Shown in pieces: positions 13,201 through 26,574 of a stretch of DNA of 64,000 nt (its first letter is position 1; the number at the start of each line of letters is the position of its first letter). A model generated the notes under the pieces. The model was not told where the DNA came from, ran no database searches, and saw only the letters and a list, made by a program, of their open reading frames with translations. The stretch is from assembly GCA_002269645.1 (NCBI GenBank), contig NIVC01000114.1:186001-250000 (forward strand), in the 5' to 3' direction. The translations under genes were made by a program, and so were the position numbers. The DNA is from Macrostomum lignano (taxonomy: Eukaryota).

Positions 13201-14248
13201 GTTTAACATTGAATACCAATAAAAGGTCTTGGTGCTTTTTCGGTCGAGTGCTGTTTATACAGTTTAAGAAAATTTTGTTGATTTAGTTTTGGAATTTTTA
13301 TATTCAAAGTTACTATTTTGTAAGCAATTAATTTTTCTATTTTCTATAGTTATATTTGATTTCCTTGCATTTCCTTGCGACTTGATAAGTTTGTAATTTC
13401 TGCATTGTTTAATAAAATCTCACTATATTGGAGTAAACTGATTGATCGCACAAGTGTCCAGGCTGCAGCACCAGTGATGATAATAATACTAAAACCAAGA
13501 ATTTTGTCAAACTAGATGAAAGTTCTTTTTAATTCAATGATTTTCAATCGTAATTTATGTCCCATCATATAAGAACTTTAGTTTGTCACAATTAAAAAAA
13601 AACATATCCTATATGCATGCGGTCTTTGCCTTGTGATGAGTTTACCTGCCACACTGCATCATTTAGATCTTGTTACTGTGGGCTAGTGAACATTCTATTT
13701 GTATTAGAGCTGTTTAACAGAGTCCTTCAAATCTCTAATTTTCAGATGATGATTGCTCTCGGAGTTCTGGCTCTCATTATCATCATCATCATTATTGGTG
13801 AGTGATATGCTTAACTATGTAATAACTTAGTAGATAGAATTGTTGATTTACTAGAAATTGAATTTCATAATACATTCTATTCGTAGCATTTTGAACTTTG
13901 TTTTTCACTTATTAATCCTTTAATTGAATTTTAAAAACATTTTTTTCTTTTAAAAGTGCATTTTGTACCTTATTTACAAGTAGCTAATGCGCATGATCAA
14001 CGACTTTTTATGAAAGACAAAGGCTTTTATTGTTAACAAAAACACAGAAATGTCGTTAAAACAGCACTTCTCCCGATTGTACCATTAATAAAAACTCTAG
14101 TGCGAATTTCAATCGAGAAATCAGATTATTCTTCCCTTACATACCTCTTTAAAAATGTGCCTATATTATTGTTGTTCTCATTCTCTCAATAAAATTTCTC
14201 CAATGCCTCAAAATCTGATTACCATTTTCAGTGTCTGTCTCCACTTAA
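10264..14248 (+). CDS. VAMP: Synaptobrevin / VAMP (R-SNARE); exons 10264-10310, 11274-11373, 11462-11540, 12762-12841, 13746-13797, 14232-14248
   Basis: All introns are GT-AG and phases are consistent. Spliced protein MSAPNQPG...[88 protein letters not shown] has the R-SNARE motif with central Arg (LDDRA), YWWKN and a C-terminal TM helix. Confidence 0.97.
11590..12640. repeat. ~30-bp minisatellite (GGCATCTCAGCAATCCCCCATTGAGCCAATT-like) filling VAMP intron 3
   Basis: About 35 copies with variant and higher-order units directly visible. Confidence 0.95.
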
Positions 14249-14599
14249 AAGCAGAACCGTAATCAGTGACAGGCAGTCAGGTCCGCAACTGCGCAGAGAT
14301 ACAGAGATAAAAGAGATTCTACTAATTACTGCAGATTATAAAAGTCGAAACAGGAACATCGTCGCATGGTCAATTTAACGTTAATTCATCGCAAAATAAA
14401 GTTTTAGCTTAAGTAAGAGAAACGCTTTTTACGTGTTTTTCTGTACAGTCAAAAGTTTTTTGCTTGTGTTGCAAATTTTGCACTGTGCCTAGTGATTCGT
14501 TCATTTAGTCGAAATTCTAAAGTAGTCAACTGTTTATGATCAGCAATGAGTCACGTGTCTGCTTGTGACTCATCGTGGATGAATGCATCACATTAGAAT

Positions 14600-14990
14600 T
14601 GGTACTTGAAGCCGTTGAAACGTGTTTGCGTGTTTGGCTGTGAAGTTGTTGAGCCTGTGTTTATATGTCTGTGTCTGCATGTATGCATGTCTTTTTATGT
14701 CTGACTGTCTATGTGCCAGCATCTTTACGAGCGTATATGTGCTTGTGTGTGTCTGCATGTGTAACTGCATCTGTTTATGTGTCTGTGTGTCTGTCTGTAT
14801 ATTTGTATTTATATGTGTGTCTGTGTGTCTGCCTGTTGTGTCTGTGTCGATTGTTTATGTCTGTCTGTTTGTGTTTGTGTGTCTGTATGTGCCTGTGCTT
14901 TTTGTCTGTATGTGTCTGGGTCTATGTGTCTGCCTATGTGGATATCTATCTGTTTGTGTATATTGCGCAAGTGTACATGTGTAGTGTCCT
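14600..14990. repeat. Degenerate (TG)/(TGTC)-rich microsatellite
   Basis: Low-complexity GT-rich run; the overlapping V/C-rich ORFs are artefacts. Confidence 0.9.
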
Positions 14991-15901
14991 AGCCGAATCA
15001 TCCTAAGCACATCGCAATTTCAATTCCTTTATGTGAATTACAGCTGCCAGACTTTTATTTCTGTTTTTTTTTAATATGCGCTAGTCGCTTTTGTTATATT
15101 AAAATACTAAATGTTCATAACCATAAATAAGTGGATAGTTATGTACCTGAATTGTTCAATAGTGCACTCACTCCAAGTGTGCCAAAGTGGACAGTCCGGT
15201 TGTGTTTAGTTCCGCGTCTACGTTTGAACTTTACCCAGATTCTTGCCTAGAGACAACTGAGTGACATGAATTTCTGTAAAAATGTCTGGTTGCATAACTT
15301 CAATGTTCTTTTTAATAAAGCACCGTAGTTGGCAAATACCAGTCAAGACCCTCGTTGCTGTATGCATTTTTTATTACGCACCAGAACTTTGTTGTCGTGG
15401 CTGTTTCGTAACTATACTCAGCAACATGGAAAAGTCGTCATCACAGAAGATTCCGTCTGTGGTCGCCACTTTTGAGAGTGCAGGTAAAGTCTCTCTCAAT
15501 CTTTGCGAGTGACGCAACTCAGCTACGCCGCGGCAAACTTGAGTTGAGGAATGAGGTGGGGGGTGGGGAGCGGTGTGCGAGAGTTGAACGGATTTAGGCT
15601 ACTCCACAATTTTCTCGCTTCTTTTATTTCAGAATAGCCCAAGAAAAAATGTTCACTGGCGCATATAGTGACGACTTTTTACTGTTGCTGAGTTAATATT
15701 AGCCAAAAATATTAACAGTTTTTGTCCTACTGTGTTTTTTGGTATTCCCCTAGTGTGTTATTTCTGATCCATCTAGCTGATCCGCTCTTAACCTGCTATT
15801 AAAGTATGCTGCTTGTGCATCTGTAAAAGTATAATTTTTTTATAACAATCCATCTTAGCAATGGTTAGCTGCACTGATTGTCTTTCCTTAATTAACTCCA
15901 G

Positions 15902-16059
15902 TTTCCGTTACTGGCGGCGGTGGAGGCGGAGACGGTGGCTCTTCTAGCGGCGGCGGCGCTGGTGGTGGCGGCGCTGGTGGTGGCGGTGGTGGCGGCGCTG
16001 GCGGAGGTGGCGCTGGCGGTGGCGGCGGCCAGCCCTCTCCAAAGCCTTCTTCAAAATGA
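15902..16059 (+). CDS. VAMP: Candidate alternative terminal exon of the VAMP gene encoding a glycine-rich luminal tail
   Basis: Acceptor ...TTAACTCCAG at 15901. Phase 1 matches exon 5. Reads VSVT-GGGGGGDGGSSSGGGAGGGG...GGQPSPKPSSK* (52 aa), and its start parallels the VSVST of the proximal terminal exon. Confidence 0.75.
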
Positions 16060-18641
16060 GCATCTCTACAAAAACAATTTTTTTTCTCTGTGATGAAGTA
16101 ACGTAATAGACTAACTGCAATTTTATCAGGATTAGTAGGGCTTATTAGAGTAGAGATATTAGAGCAGGTGTTCCATCTGAAGCAATTTTTAATCGCCCCA
16201 TGATTTTACTAATCTTCTGTCGCTTTTGATTCACGACGTAATAACTGATTTTGAATTTATTAGTCTGCAATTTATTAAGAAAATCTCTTAGTATCTAGTC
16301 GCGTCGCAGCTGCCACTGACTACTGTCTGTCTACTGATCAGTAAGGTATAGAAAGCGTTTTATTAATATTTAGCGTGTGTAAGCAACGGTCCTTACCAAA
16401 CCATTTTGTGTCTGTCTAATTTGGAGTTTTTCGTGCGTTTAAAAATCACCAAAATCTGGTCTATTGTGTTTAGTTTCACAAAACTGTGTAAATCCTGTCT
16501 TTTTGGCATAATATATACTGATTGTTCTTTATGTTATGACCCAGTTAATTATTATTTGATATGCAACAAGTGTTCTAAAAAAATACCGTATCAATATTTA
16601 ATGTAGGTATTAGGAAGTTTATGCTTATATATTGCACAGTTAGTTTGAAACTTCGTGTTGTGATTAGTTGTTAATCAGTATATATAATCAAAGCTTTGGT
16701 ACACATTTATTAATGACACAGGCTTTAGTTTACTTGGGATTATAATTTAGGCTCTACCAATGCTATTCCAGACACCTCACTATACGTTTCCTATTGTCTT
16801 GTGATCTATTTGTGGAGCTGTCGTCTATTGTTGGCAACGAATATTAAAATTTGTGTTTTATGCAAACTTTTTTCATATTTCTATATATTATATAATATTT
16901 GTTTTATACTTGTCAGTTGTGTGCTTAGTAGGCAACGAAGATAATTATTTGTCTCGACTTTTTGAGTCACATATACAAAATATTTCTATAATAATATTTG
17001 CTTATTTGGTCTAGTCGCGACTATTGCAACAGCTGCAGTTATAAGCATGCTATTATCAAGTTTAGCTTTGTAATACAGCTGCTCTGTTTTACCGTCATTC
17101 ATCCGTTCTAGTCTAATTCAGTTTCTGTTTGATTTTTATTCATTTAAGTGTTCTTTTTATCTGGTCTACACCCCCCTTTTTGACACATTAAACCTCACTA
17201 TTGCTTTAATAAAGTTATAATTCAATATTTGGAAGTTTATTGTATCTTGCACCTCTAGACTGCGGGTTACCTACAAAGTATTATCAGACAGGTGTGATAA
17301 ATGATAATGGTCTGTATCGAATGGAGAGCTCACGTTTTTTTACCTGACCATAGGTATGTGAAAAAAAATTAATAGAAAAAACGAACTGCTTTTTGTCAGT
17401 GCTTCTTAGTTACTGGCTGCTGCGTAAGAAATTTATTTGAAACAGTTAAACGGAGGGTTTCTTCTATTATTGCTTTCCGTTTCATTTAGACTGACCTTTA
17501 TGACTTACCGATGAGGTAATTTAATCAGAGATTTTAATTTGAAAATTAGTTTTTGAGTATAAGTCTCTGACCTTACTCTGCAGTCTAGGGGTTTATAAAC
17601 GGGTTTATGTTTTTTGTTCGTGCTAATCTGTGCTATTGAGTAGATTGCGTCTCTTTAACTATTGTTTACAGGGAAAACATGCTATTCCCGGCCACTTTTT
17701 TTCCAAAGCCTGACGACGCTAACAGTTTATTCGCTCGTTTCAAACTATTGATTTAGGAGCTGTTGTTATTTTAGCAGTGGAAATAGTTTACTAATCTATT
17801 AATAATGTATCCATTCGTTTATTAATTTAGTCAGGTATAATATATAACTTCTAATCTAGTTGTCTAGAGGTCAGTAACAGTACAACATAAACGAATTTGA
17901 TCAAGTACAGCTAATGATACAAACATTTGTTATTTTGTTCAAGCAACTAGATTAGAGTTCCGGTTTTAATGCACAGTTATGTAGTGTGTCGTTAGTCTTG
18001 TCCGCCATAAGCACATCCTATGAAACTTTTATTAATGTGAGGCACCTGTTGCGTTATATATCGGCATATGTCAGTTATATGCGCAGTATGTCATGAAATT
18101 AAATAAATAAAATATTCAACCTCGAAGCTTTAAATGGTCTTAGTAGTAAGCAGTTACGTAGTACAGTTCATGCATACACTTAATCCCTCTTAATAGTAAT
18201 TTGTGGTTAAATCATTACTTGTTGTCGTGTTGATTTTGTTATTTCAAGTTATTTCAATTTATCTAGATGTCTGACCAGGAAAGCGGGTGCAATTTTGCCC
18301 TAACATTCGTAAGGGTGACTAATATAGGTTTGTTTGCCTTATCTCATAATTCACTATCTATGAGTTATCAGACCTTTCGACAAAATATAATAATCATATA
18401 AACTAGCCTTATAGAAACCCATCGTCAAAGGTAATCCCTCGAGTACCCTTGCAAAGTTCCAGTCGCTGATACGACCTGTGAGAGAATTTCTAGGCTTCCT
18501 TGCCTCCTTGCTAGCTTCCGGCTTATATCAAACTGAAATAGTCAAAAAGCGTATTGAAATAATTTCTCTGCTGATGGTTATAGAAAGTTGTATTGGCTCT
18601 TCAATTGCAAATATAAATCTTTTTATTAATTAACAAACCCC

Positions 18642-21600
18642 ATGCCTCGTTGCGTTCGTCAGCGCGTTACTGAAAGCTCGTCCGAGAGCGAGGATGAATC
18701 GGCTACGGGCGCCGCAGCGGCAGCACCCGACGGCCAAGCAGATGCTGCGCCCCCTCTTAGTCGTGCCGAAGAGATGCGGCTGCTGCTGGAGGCCCAGCGA
18801 ATGCGTTCCCGACCGCACGGTTTGACAGACGCTGAATTGGTGCAAGGCGTTCGCCGTCAGAGAACTCGTCGCGGTTTAGGCGACGAAGACGATGTTGGAG
18901 GCAAGCGTCGCCGCGAGGTTGGTGGCATTCAAGATTCGACGCTACAGTTTGCGCAGGAATCGCGCGCCCAAGAGCAGGACGCCGCTATGCAGCAGTTTGT
19001 AGAAGCCGAGATGCGCAAGCGTAGACCAGCTGGCGAGGGCGACGACGACGGCGCGTCTGGCGACTCCGCGGCGATGCACGATCCGCTTTTGGCTGTCCGG
19101 CCGGAGCTGCGACCGACTGTCAAGCAGCAGTCGGAGGCTTCCCAGGCTGTTCTACAAGGCATTCCCGAGGTTTGTCATAAAACTAGCTTGTAATTGCTGA
19201 TTGATTGCTGAAAATAATAACCAACTTTTAACAATGCTTGTGAGTCCAAAATATGAAAAAATGAAAAAGTGAATTAAATTCAGTGCTGCAAGTCTAATTA
19301 GAATACCAATTTTTTCTGTTGCTAATTGCCGCATTCAAATAAAGATTTACTGTGCAAAGTCGATTTATTGAATTATACTGACCCTCAGTTTTTGGCAAAA
19401 CTTACAATATATGATTTACTGCAAGTTCCTCGTCTCAGCCTAGTTTATTAGTAAGGAAATGAATAAGAATCCATTTTTAACTTAACATAAGAAAATCTCT
19501 ACATATAAAAATCAAAACTCTGTGTGTCTGTCTGTCTTTCTGTGTGTCTGTGGACAATTTTGATCGCTATGGACTCCCAAACCGCTCAACCAAATGACAC
19601 CAAACTTTACACCCACCCTAAACTTACTACGGAGAATGTCTTAGGCTAACTTAAAATTTCCTAAATTTGAGTCTTCCCACCTAAAAGTGCAAAAAACTGC
19701 TCAAAATGCGCGATTTTTTCACTTAATCCTCCATAGCGCCGCTTCACTTCTACCGATTCTCTTCAAATTTGACACAGATAATCTTAAACTATTTGGGCAC
19801 AATCATGTAAAATTTCGAGTCTCAAAGTTAATCCTGAGCGGTGCGCTGTGCACTTTTAAAGTTAGGCTGTTTTTCTCAGCGTAGCAACCACCCCAACCTC
19901 CGCCCGCCTGCCTCTCTTTCCCGATCTGGGCCCAGATGTGTAAAAGGGTTTCAAAATTGACTAACTTTCAGCTGCCATAAGTTTGCTCCACGTAAAGCGA
20001 TTGACTTCAAATTTGACACAATTCTTTATTGACTCATTCTCTGTCTAATTGTAAAGTCTCAACTTTGTATCTCAACCGAAAAAGAAACTGTAAGCATGTG
20101 AAGTTTGTCTGCTTTTTCTGTTGTTTGTGCCACTCACTCACTCATTCTCCCAGAGCCAGACGAAGGGTCAGGCGATAGGACTGAATGTACATAGCAAATG
20201 TACAGTGTTTTGGAATAACTTTATTTATAGCCTTCTCTGCACCCCGAGAGTGGAGAGGCTACGTTTAGCCATAACAGTTTAGTGAGAAATTCTAACCACT
20301 GCCATCCCCTCTGTATAGGCAAACTCTGCAGCAGTTTAACAGTGGATGGCAATTGGCAAATCGAGGGAATCCACTATCCAGCATGGTTTGTAAAAGCGAA
20401 AGATTTATGAAAAGGCGATGCGATGCAATGCAATACAACCCTACTAAATTAGGCACACCATGGAAATTTTAGGTTTCTTTTAAAGGTAATGTGAAAATTT
20501 TAAATGGCCTCCTAAGAAATGCGTATTTCCTTGGTTGTTAGACTGATGCAGACTGCAGTGGAGCTGAAGATACACAAATTCCTTTCAGGGCTGCAAGAAA
20601 TTGGCAAGAAAGATGACGTGATCAAAGCATGAGAACAACCATGAGAGTACTACGTCCCACAAACTGGCTTTCCAAGCAGGGATGGGCAGACTTTTACCTC
20701 AAAGGCCAGATAAGGAATCCAGCTCATGGCTGAAGGGCAGATGAGAGTGGAAAGAAGAAGGAATAGACGATTCGAAGAGAGGAGAAGCGAAAGAGGGGAT
20801 AAAAGATAATAGGAGAGATGAGTGGGGTGAGGACGATGAGAGAGAGGGGGAGAAGAGGGGAGAGAGGAATAGCGAGAGGAGAGAGTAAAGATGAGAGAGC
20901 AGAGAGCTGCAGATGAGGGGAGAGAGGAGACAGCTGAGAGGAGAGCAGAGATCAGGAAACAGATGAAAGAAGAGATGAGATTGTAAAGGGAAGAGAGAAG
21001 AGATAAGATACATCTCTACATCTCTAAGGTTGTAGAGATGAGAGAGCTGGAAGGAGATATGAGAAATGAGAGATGAGAGATAAAGGAGAGAGGAGAGTGG
21101 AGAGAGAGAAGAGAGGGAGAGAGAGTATAGAAAAGGGAAGAGAAGACAAAAGAAGAAAGGAGAAAGGAAAGTGAGGAGTCAAAAGAGGGGAAAGAAAAGA
21201 GTACAGAGGAGAGAGGTGAGAGAACATATAAGACAGAGATGCCAGATTAAAGAGGGGGATGAGAGAGCAGAGACGAGAGTGAACAGATGTAAGATGGGAG
21301 AGTAGAGAGAACAGACGAGAGATAAGAGAGAAGAGATTACAGAGAAGAGAGGAGAGACAAAGGGAGAGAAGTGAGTGAGGAGAGAGGAGAGAGGAAAGAA
21401 GAGATGAGAGGAGAGAGAGAGGAAAGAGTAGAGAGGAAAGAGTAGAGAGGAAAGATAAGGGAGTAGAGGAGAGAGTTAAGAGAAGAGAGAAAAGAATAGA
21501 GAAGAGAAGGAAGAGATGAGAGATGAGGGGGAGAGAGGAGAGAGGAGAGGAGAGAGAAAAGAAGAGACAAGAGATGAGATAAGAGAGATGAAAGAGAAGA

Positions 21601-22482
21601 GAGATGAGGGAAGATACGAGAGAAGAGGGAAGAGAGAAGAGAGAAATTTTAAAGGATCTAAGGGACGTAGGGAGAGTCAGGGAGAGGCCAGAGTTTGCCA
21701 ATACATGTTTTAGAGTCAGACAGACATTGTCTGACATTCTGCGCGGTACTACAACCAACAATATCAAATGTTTGCCTCAAATTCTAATATTACACGAATG
21801 TGCTCCATTTTATGTCTACCTCTATCCTACTAACTATTAACAAGTTTTTGTTTGTGTATGGCCTTAGATTTCAGAATACATGCAAAAGTAGTTCCGGATA
21901 TTGGAATTCCCCGGGTTCAAAATCCGCGAGTTTCAACAGCTTGTCTATATTAAAGCTGATTTTCGAGTACACTTGCTCATTTAAAACGTGCACTTAGAAT
22001 CCAATAAAAATTTATGCATTTTTACGACTACGACAATTCTATTAATACTTTAAATTTATTCTTATTGACAGGTAGATCTTGGCATACAAGCTCGAATTCG
22101 AAACATCGAGGCCACAGAGGAAGCTAAACAGAAAATGTTAAACGAGCGAGCGGCAGCTGCTGCCGCTGCCATAGCCGCCGGCGGTCGACCCGATTTAGTG
22201 CCGGCAAACCTGGCATCGAACTTCCAATCCAATGCCACCGAACAGTTTGTTCAGCATCAGCGTTGGCGAAACCGTGTTTCTGGACCGTTTTTCCGTCGAC
22301 GCGACGTTGCCGCCGCCGCCCGACCGTCGGACAATCGTGGCGGCGGTGGTCATCATCGTGGTCGAAGTCGCGGCGGTTACGCGGCTACTGCTGGTTCTCA
22401 GCTGACGAGCGAGATTCGGGAACTACTTGAACTGAAACGATCTGGCGGTGGCGGTGGCGGCGCCGGAGGATCTAACGACTGA
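18642..22482 (+). CDS. C9orf78: C9orf78 / TLS1 (HCA59) family spliceosomal protein; exons 18642-19169 and 22072-22482 (312 aa)
   Basis: The phase-0 join gives LQGIPEV-DLGIQARIRNIEATEEAKQKML...LVPANLASNF...FVQHQRW, matching the family motif GIPEVDLGIxAKIxNIxxTExAK...FVPTNxAxNxVQHNRF. The N-terminal EEMRLLLEAQRMRSRPHG segment also fits. Confidence 0.88.
19496..20185 (+). mobile_element. Non-autonomous Helitron-like element in the C9orf78 intron
   Basis: Starts A|TCTCTACATATAAAA followed by (TGTC)n; ends in an imperfect CC.GAC-GAAG-GTCAGG hairpin. The canonical CTAG end is not clear. Confidence 0.5.
20760..21650 (+). repeat. ~0.9-kb polypurine (GA-rich) low-complexity tract
   Basis: Overwhelmingly A/G on the + strand; the L/S-rich minus-strand ORFs are artefacts. 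Confidence 0.92.
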
Positions 22483-24579
22483 AAGAGTGAATCCCGTCCT
22501 AATAATCCTTCGGTTTAATCTTAATTGCGTGTTAATTGATGTTTATCAGTACAGTAGTATAATTGGAAGCTTTGTAAATTCACAGAAATGTTACGTTTTA
22601 GTCAAGCGTGGAATCATCAAAATTTAATTTCTCATCAACTTGTGGTAAGATGGTTGTAAACCTTGCTTAACATTTTTAGCTTACTTTGTTCCTGTGAGGT
22701 GATCTAAATTTTGCATGCTTATTTTCTCTGTATTGCTCTGTATCTCTACATGTACCTGTATAGATATTTCGATCTTAAATTGATAAATATACATGCTCAA
22801 ATGCTTTTATTATTATCAGAATATTGTTAATACACCGGTATTACCGGTATAGTTATATTTAGGTGCATTTAAAAATATTTTCTACTACCTTTCCGTGGCC
22901 ATATAACTGGTTGTATACTTTATACAACAGAAAAAAATGTGCAAGACAATAGTAGCTAAAATTCCACTTATTTAAACAATCCTGCTGTCCAAAGGGAACA
23001 CAGTTCAGAAACTTGCAACACCCCTTGTACTTCGTAAGCCAAGCCAAACAGGTCATATTTAAACTGTTTTGCATGCCACTACTCTAGTTTATTTGTTTTA
23101 TTTCAAGAATTTAGATGTCAGGTAAGTTTAGTTGTCTGCTATTTAGAATTTGATACACCATGAACTATGTTGCCTAAATTTTTGGGTGTCACAACATTCG
23201 CTTTGTGGTGCCATACTAGTTTAAACATAGGTGTACAGAGTATGCATCCGACAGCCCAATTTCGCATTCCAGACTGTAGGCTCCTACTCTTTGGTCCTAG
23301 GTTATTTTTTATAAGTTTATTAGGTCTAAATTTTACAAACTCCAATCTATCTATCTATTCTATCTATCTAGGTAGGTTTGTGTGTGATCGATTTACGAAA
23401 AATCTTTCCTAAGCCTTCAATTATATTTTGGTCTGCTTCATGTTTCATACGTAATTCGTCTTTTGGTGATTGTTTATCAGCTCGATAAGCTAAGTCGTGG
23501 TTATATGCTAACCAATGATTAACATGCAATCAGTTTAAAACTCATCCGGATTTAACCGGAGATCAAGACGACTTCCAAGCCTGGATACCACTACTTTCAC
23601 AGTGGAGTAGACTGTATCTCAAGATTTTATTTGTATTAACCATATCCTTCCAGCCCACAAACGTAAAGTTGTTGAATTTCAACCCTACTTTTTTAGCGAT
23701 GTTGGGTTTCGATTTACACTCGTCCATTGTGTTGTCTTCAAGCCTGTTACCTTCAGGATGTGGAGTTATCACAGATCATTTGTAATCTTTCAAAAACAAA
23801 GTCGTACTTATCGCTTTATGATTTCGAGTCAGCGGTTAGTGCCGCCACTATCAATGCGGTGTGAATTGAATAATTAATTGCAAGCGAGTGTATATGGGTA
23901 AATTAATACGCTTGTAAGAACATGGGTGTGGACAGGTGTGAAAAATGCAGCAATAAATGCACGTAAGTGTAAATATGATTAAAAAATAATGTGAGAAAAT
24001 AAATAGGTATGAGTATGTTCTAATTATTTGTTTATTAGCAGCGGAAATGAATAAACAAAACGGTCGAGCACAGGCTACTCCGACTCCCGTATAACAATTG
24101 TATGTATCGGGAAATAACGGAGGCGTCCCAAATTGAGTTATATTGATACGTTAAAGATGCGTTTATTTTTGAGGTCACAACTACGCCCCCAGCACGAACT
24201 ATTTAGACGTTTCCGGAAGGTTGTAAATGTACGTAATGGATACCAATAATAATTGATTACTTAGAAGACTTGCAAATCAGGAATTCTAAGATAAAAATAA
24301 AAAAGCTTTTTCACGACAAAAACGAGCACAATTTTACTGCATGGGACTGTGGCCTCACTAACTGACACAGCATGATTATAATTATAGTGGTTAGTTTGAA
24401 TATACGCTCGTATATATATTTTTATTGAATTCAAAGGTACAAAATGGAATGCAATGAGTTGTAAAGCACAAAACAGTCAAACAGACGTGTGACAACTTTA
24501 ATTTACTAATGAAACTTTTAAAGCAATTTTACACATTGGAAGGGCCAATAATACACACGATTTTCCGTCATTTCACATA

Positions 24580-25450
24580 CCTCAGTGCTCATCGAGAAGC
24601 TCTTGAAGTTCAGCCGCTAATGGAGGTCTTGTTGGGGGAGTCGGATCTAGCCAATCTGCTGCATCCGTTTGCCACCATCTTTCGCTCCGTGAAGAGTTGA
24701 TTCGGGAGGTGATCAGTCTCCCGAAAACTCCCACTTCCAGACACTTAAGCCTGGGAACAAAATCAGTGATCACTTACTGTTGCGGGCTCCTCTTTTTTGT
24801 AGTGCAGGTTCTCCGAGCTCGTTTCTTCAAATCTTCTTTTCTTCTCCGGAGGAATCTTCTTGAAGTCTCGAATCGGCCGAATGAGAGCGTGACAATCCAA
24901 TCAGGCGACGTCGCAGTATTTCTCGAATGCAAATCAATATAGGCCTTAAGCTCAGTAATCAATATCAACGATGCGCCCTTGTAATAAAATCACCTTCTGT
25001 ATTAACAACGAGGTCCTCCAAGAAGGGCGTCTTCTTCTAAAAATAACGGAATCGGAGTCGTGTGCTCCTATCGGTTAATCTAGGATAACCAAAATCAATT
25101 AATCGATAATCCTCTAAGGGTATCGGAATCGGTCCGCAGATCCTATCCAATCCCTTAGGAAAACGGGAGGCCTCAAATTCAATGAACTCAGTCAAATCGA
25201 CTGGACAGTAACGGCCGGCAATAAATCGCTCTCAAAATCAATAACAAAGGCTCTAACCAGAGCTTACCGAACGGTAGGTATTTCCTCAGAGATATGGCCT
25301 CGCTTAGCTGCTCCAGCAAGCTTCAAGATCTTCAGAGGCTGCTCCGAGTCTGAGATTTCAGCTCGGATTTTGCGTTTGTATTTATACACAATTTTTCGGC
25401 CTTGAGTCGACCTTGCACTCAAAACCGGTTTTTTTGATGAGTTCACGAAA
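24580..25450 (-). pseudogene. Decayed coding-like sequence downstream of the gag-like ORF of an LTR element; product unidentified
   Basis: Interrupted minus-strand frames such as LTEFIEFEASRFPKGLDRICGPIPIPLEDYRLIDFGYPRL; no protease/RT/RNase H/IN motif recognised. Confidence 0.3.
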
Positions 25451-25823
25451 GGAATTTTTTATTTGACAGGTGGGGTTTTTGAATAGAAAGAGTTGAGACT
25501 TGAGTTACATTCAGGCTAACATTTACCATATTTGGAAGTTCTAAAAATAGATGTCGAGAACCGGTTTTTTCGAACAATAGCATAGCCACTCGCTGTTTGC
25601 GTGATATGACTGGTATTACTAAAAATAGAGTATGACACATGGCTATTTTTAAATTTGTGTTCATAATTTTATGTTACTACTTTTAGTAGGCTACTGTGTT
25701 TGGAGATCTCTACATCCTAATTGTCCTAGAGTTGTCATGCAGGAATGTAGCCGAAACAGAGCAAAAGCGGAGCCGTAGAAGCTCGGTCACCAGAGTATAG
25801 ATGTTATGGCGGGATTGCACGTG

Positions 25824-26300
25824 TTAGTAACTCACGCTGAACAGTTCCGCCAGGCTTGTTAATGTCTGCTGATGCCTCGTAATAAATTGGTCATACACTT
25901 TTCCAAAAAAAAATGCTGCCACCCAAGTTCGCCGGTTGTAAATTTGGTCCTGCTTAACCAAGTTTTCATGCAGTTCCGGCACCCCATTGTCAACAGGACC
26001 TCGGCGTGTGATGTCGTTGCAGATGGCTTCTAACTCCCCCTCACTAATTACCTCTGCCTGAGCCGCTTGCTCGTTCTCATATTGAAGCGAACTTTGAAGT
26101 TTATGGAATAAATCCGTGGCTTTCTCCTTCATCTTCCGTATTTTCATTTCTTCACTGACTCGCAGATGCCTTTCTGCATCTTTAGATAATCTTGCCCAAA
26201 GTTCTCGAACCATGTCTTTAACGTCATCCTTATGCTCCTTAACAATAAATTTGATCGATGAAACCGATAAAACCTGTCAGATCTTGCGTGGTGATTCTGG
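25824..26300 (-). pseudogene. gag-like first ORF of an LTR retroelement
   Basis: Helical, charged 129-aa ORF (25824..26213, extendable upstream across a stop) lying ~250-350 nt 3' of an LTR + PBS. Position is the main evidence. Confidence 0.4.
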
Positions 26301-26555
26301 CTGTAGTTGCATTAAACATTTTGTCTACAAATATATAAGTAGACTGTTTTAAATAGTTAATATTAAATATTAAATATTAAAAAGCAACTGAAAGTTACAG
26401 AAAATGGTTCAAAGTAAGTCAGGATTTACTTACAAAGATACAATGCGATATCGAGCGTCCGCTAGAAACAAATTTCTTCTATTTCTCCTATTTCTTTCAG
26501 CAGTCTGCCTATTTCTTTACTGGGTGCGTGCAATAGAAAACCTAACCGCCTTGGA

Positions 26556-26573
26556 ATCCCACCGCTAACACCA
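26556..26573 (-). promoter_or_regulatory. tRNA-Leu primer-binding site
   Basis: TGGTGTTAGCGGTGGGAT(TC) lies 1 nt after the LTR end (...ACTACA) and is complementary to a tRNA-Leu-type 3' end (AATCCCACCGCT..CACCA). Confidence 0.75.
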
Positions 26574-26574
26574 G

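Noticed and set aside
14622-15006. Cys/Val-rich membrane proteins
   Set aside because: Artefacts of a TG-rich microsatellite, open in all three frames.
21024-21767. 247-aa Leu/Ser-rich membrane protein
   Set aside because: Reverse translation of the GA tract inside the C9orf78 intron.
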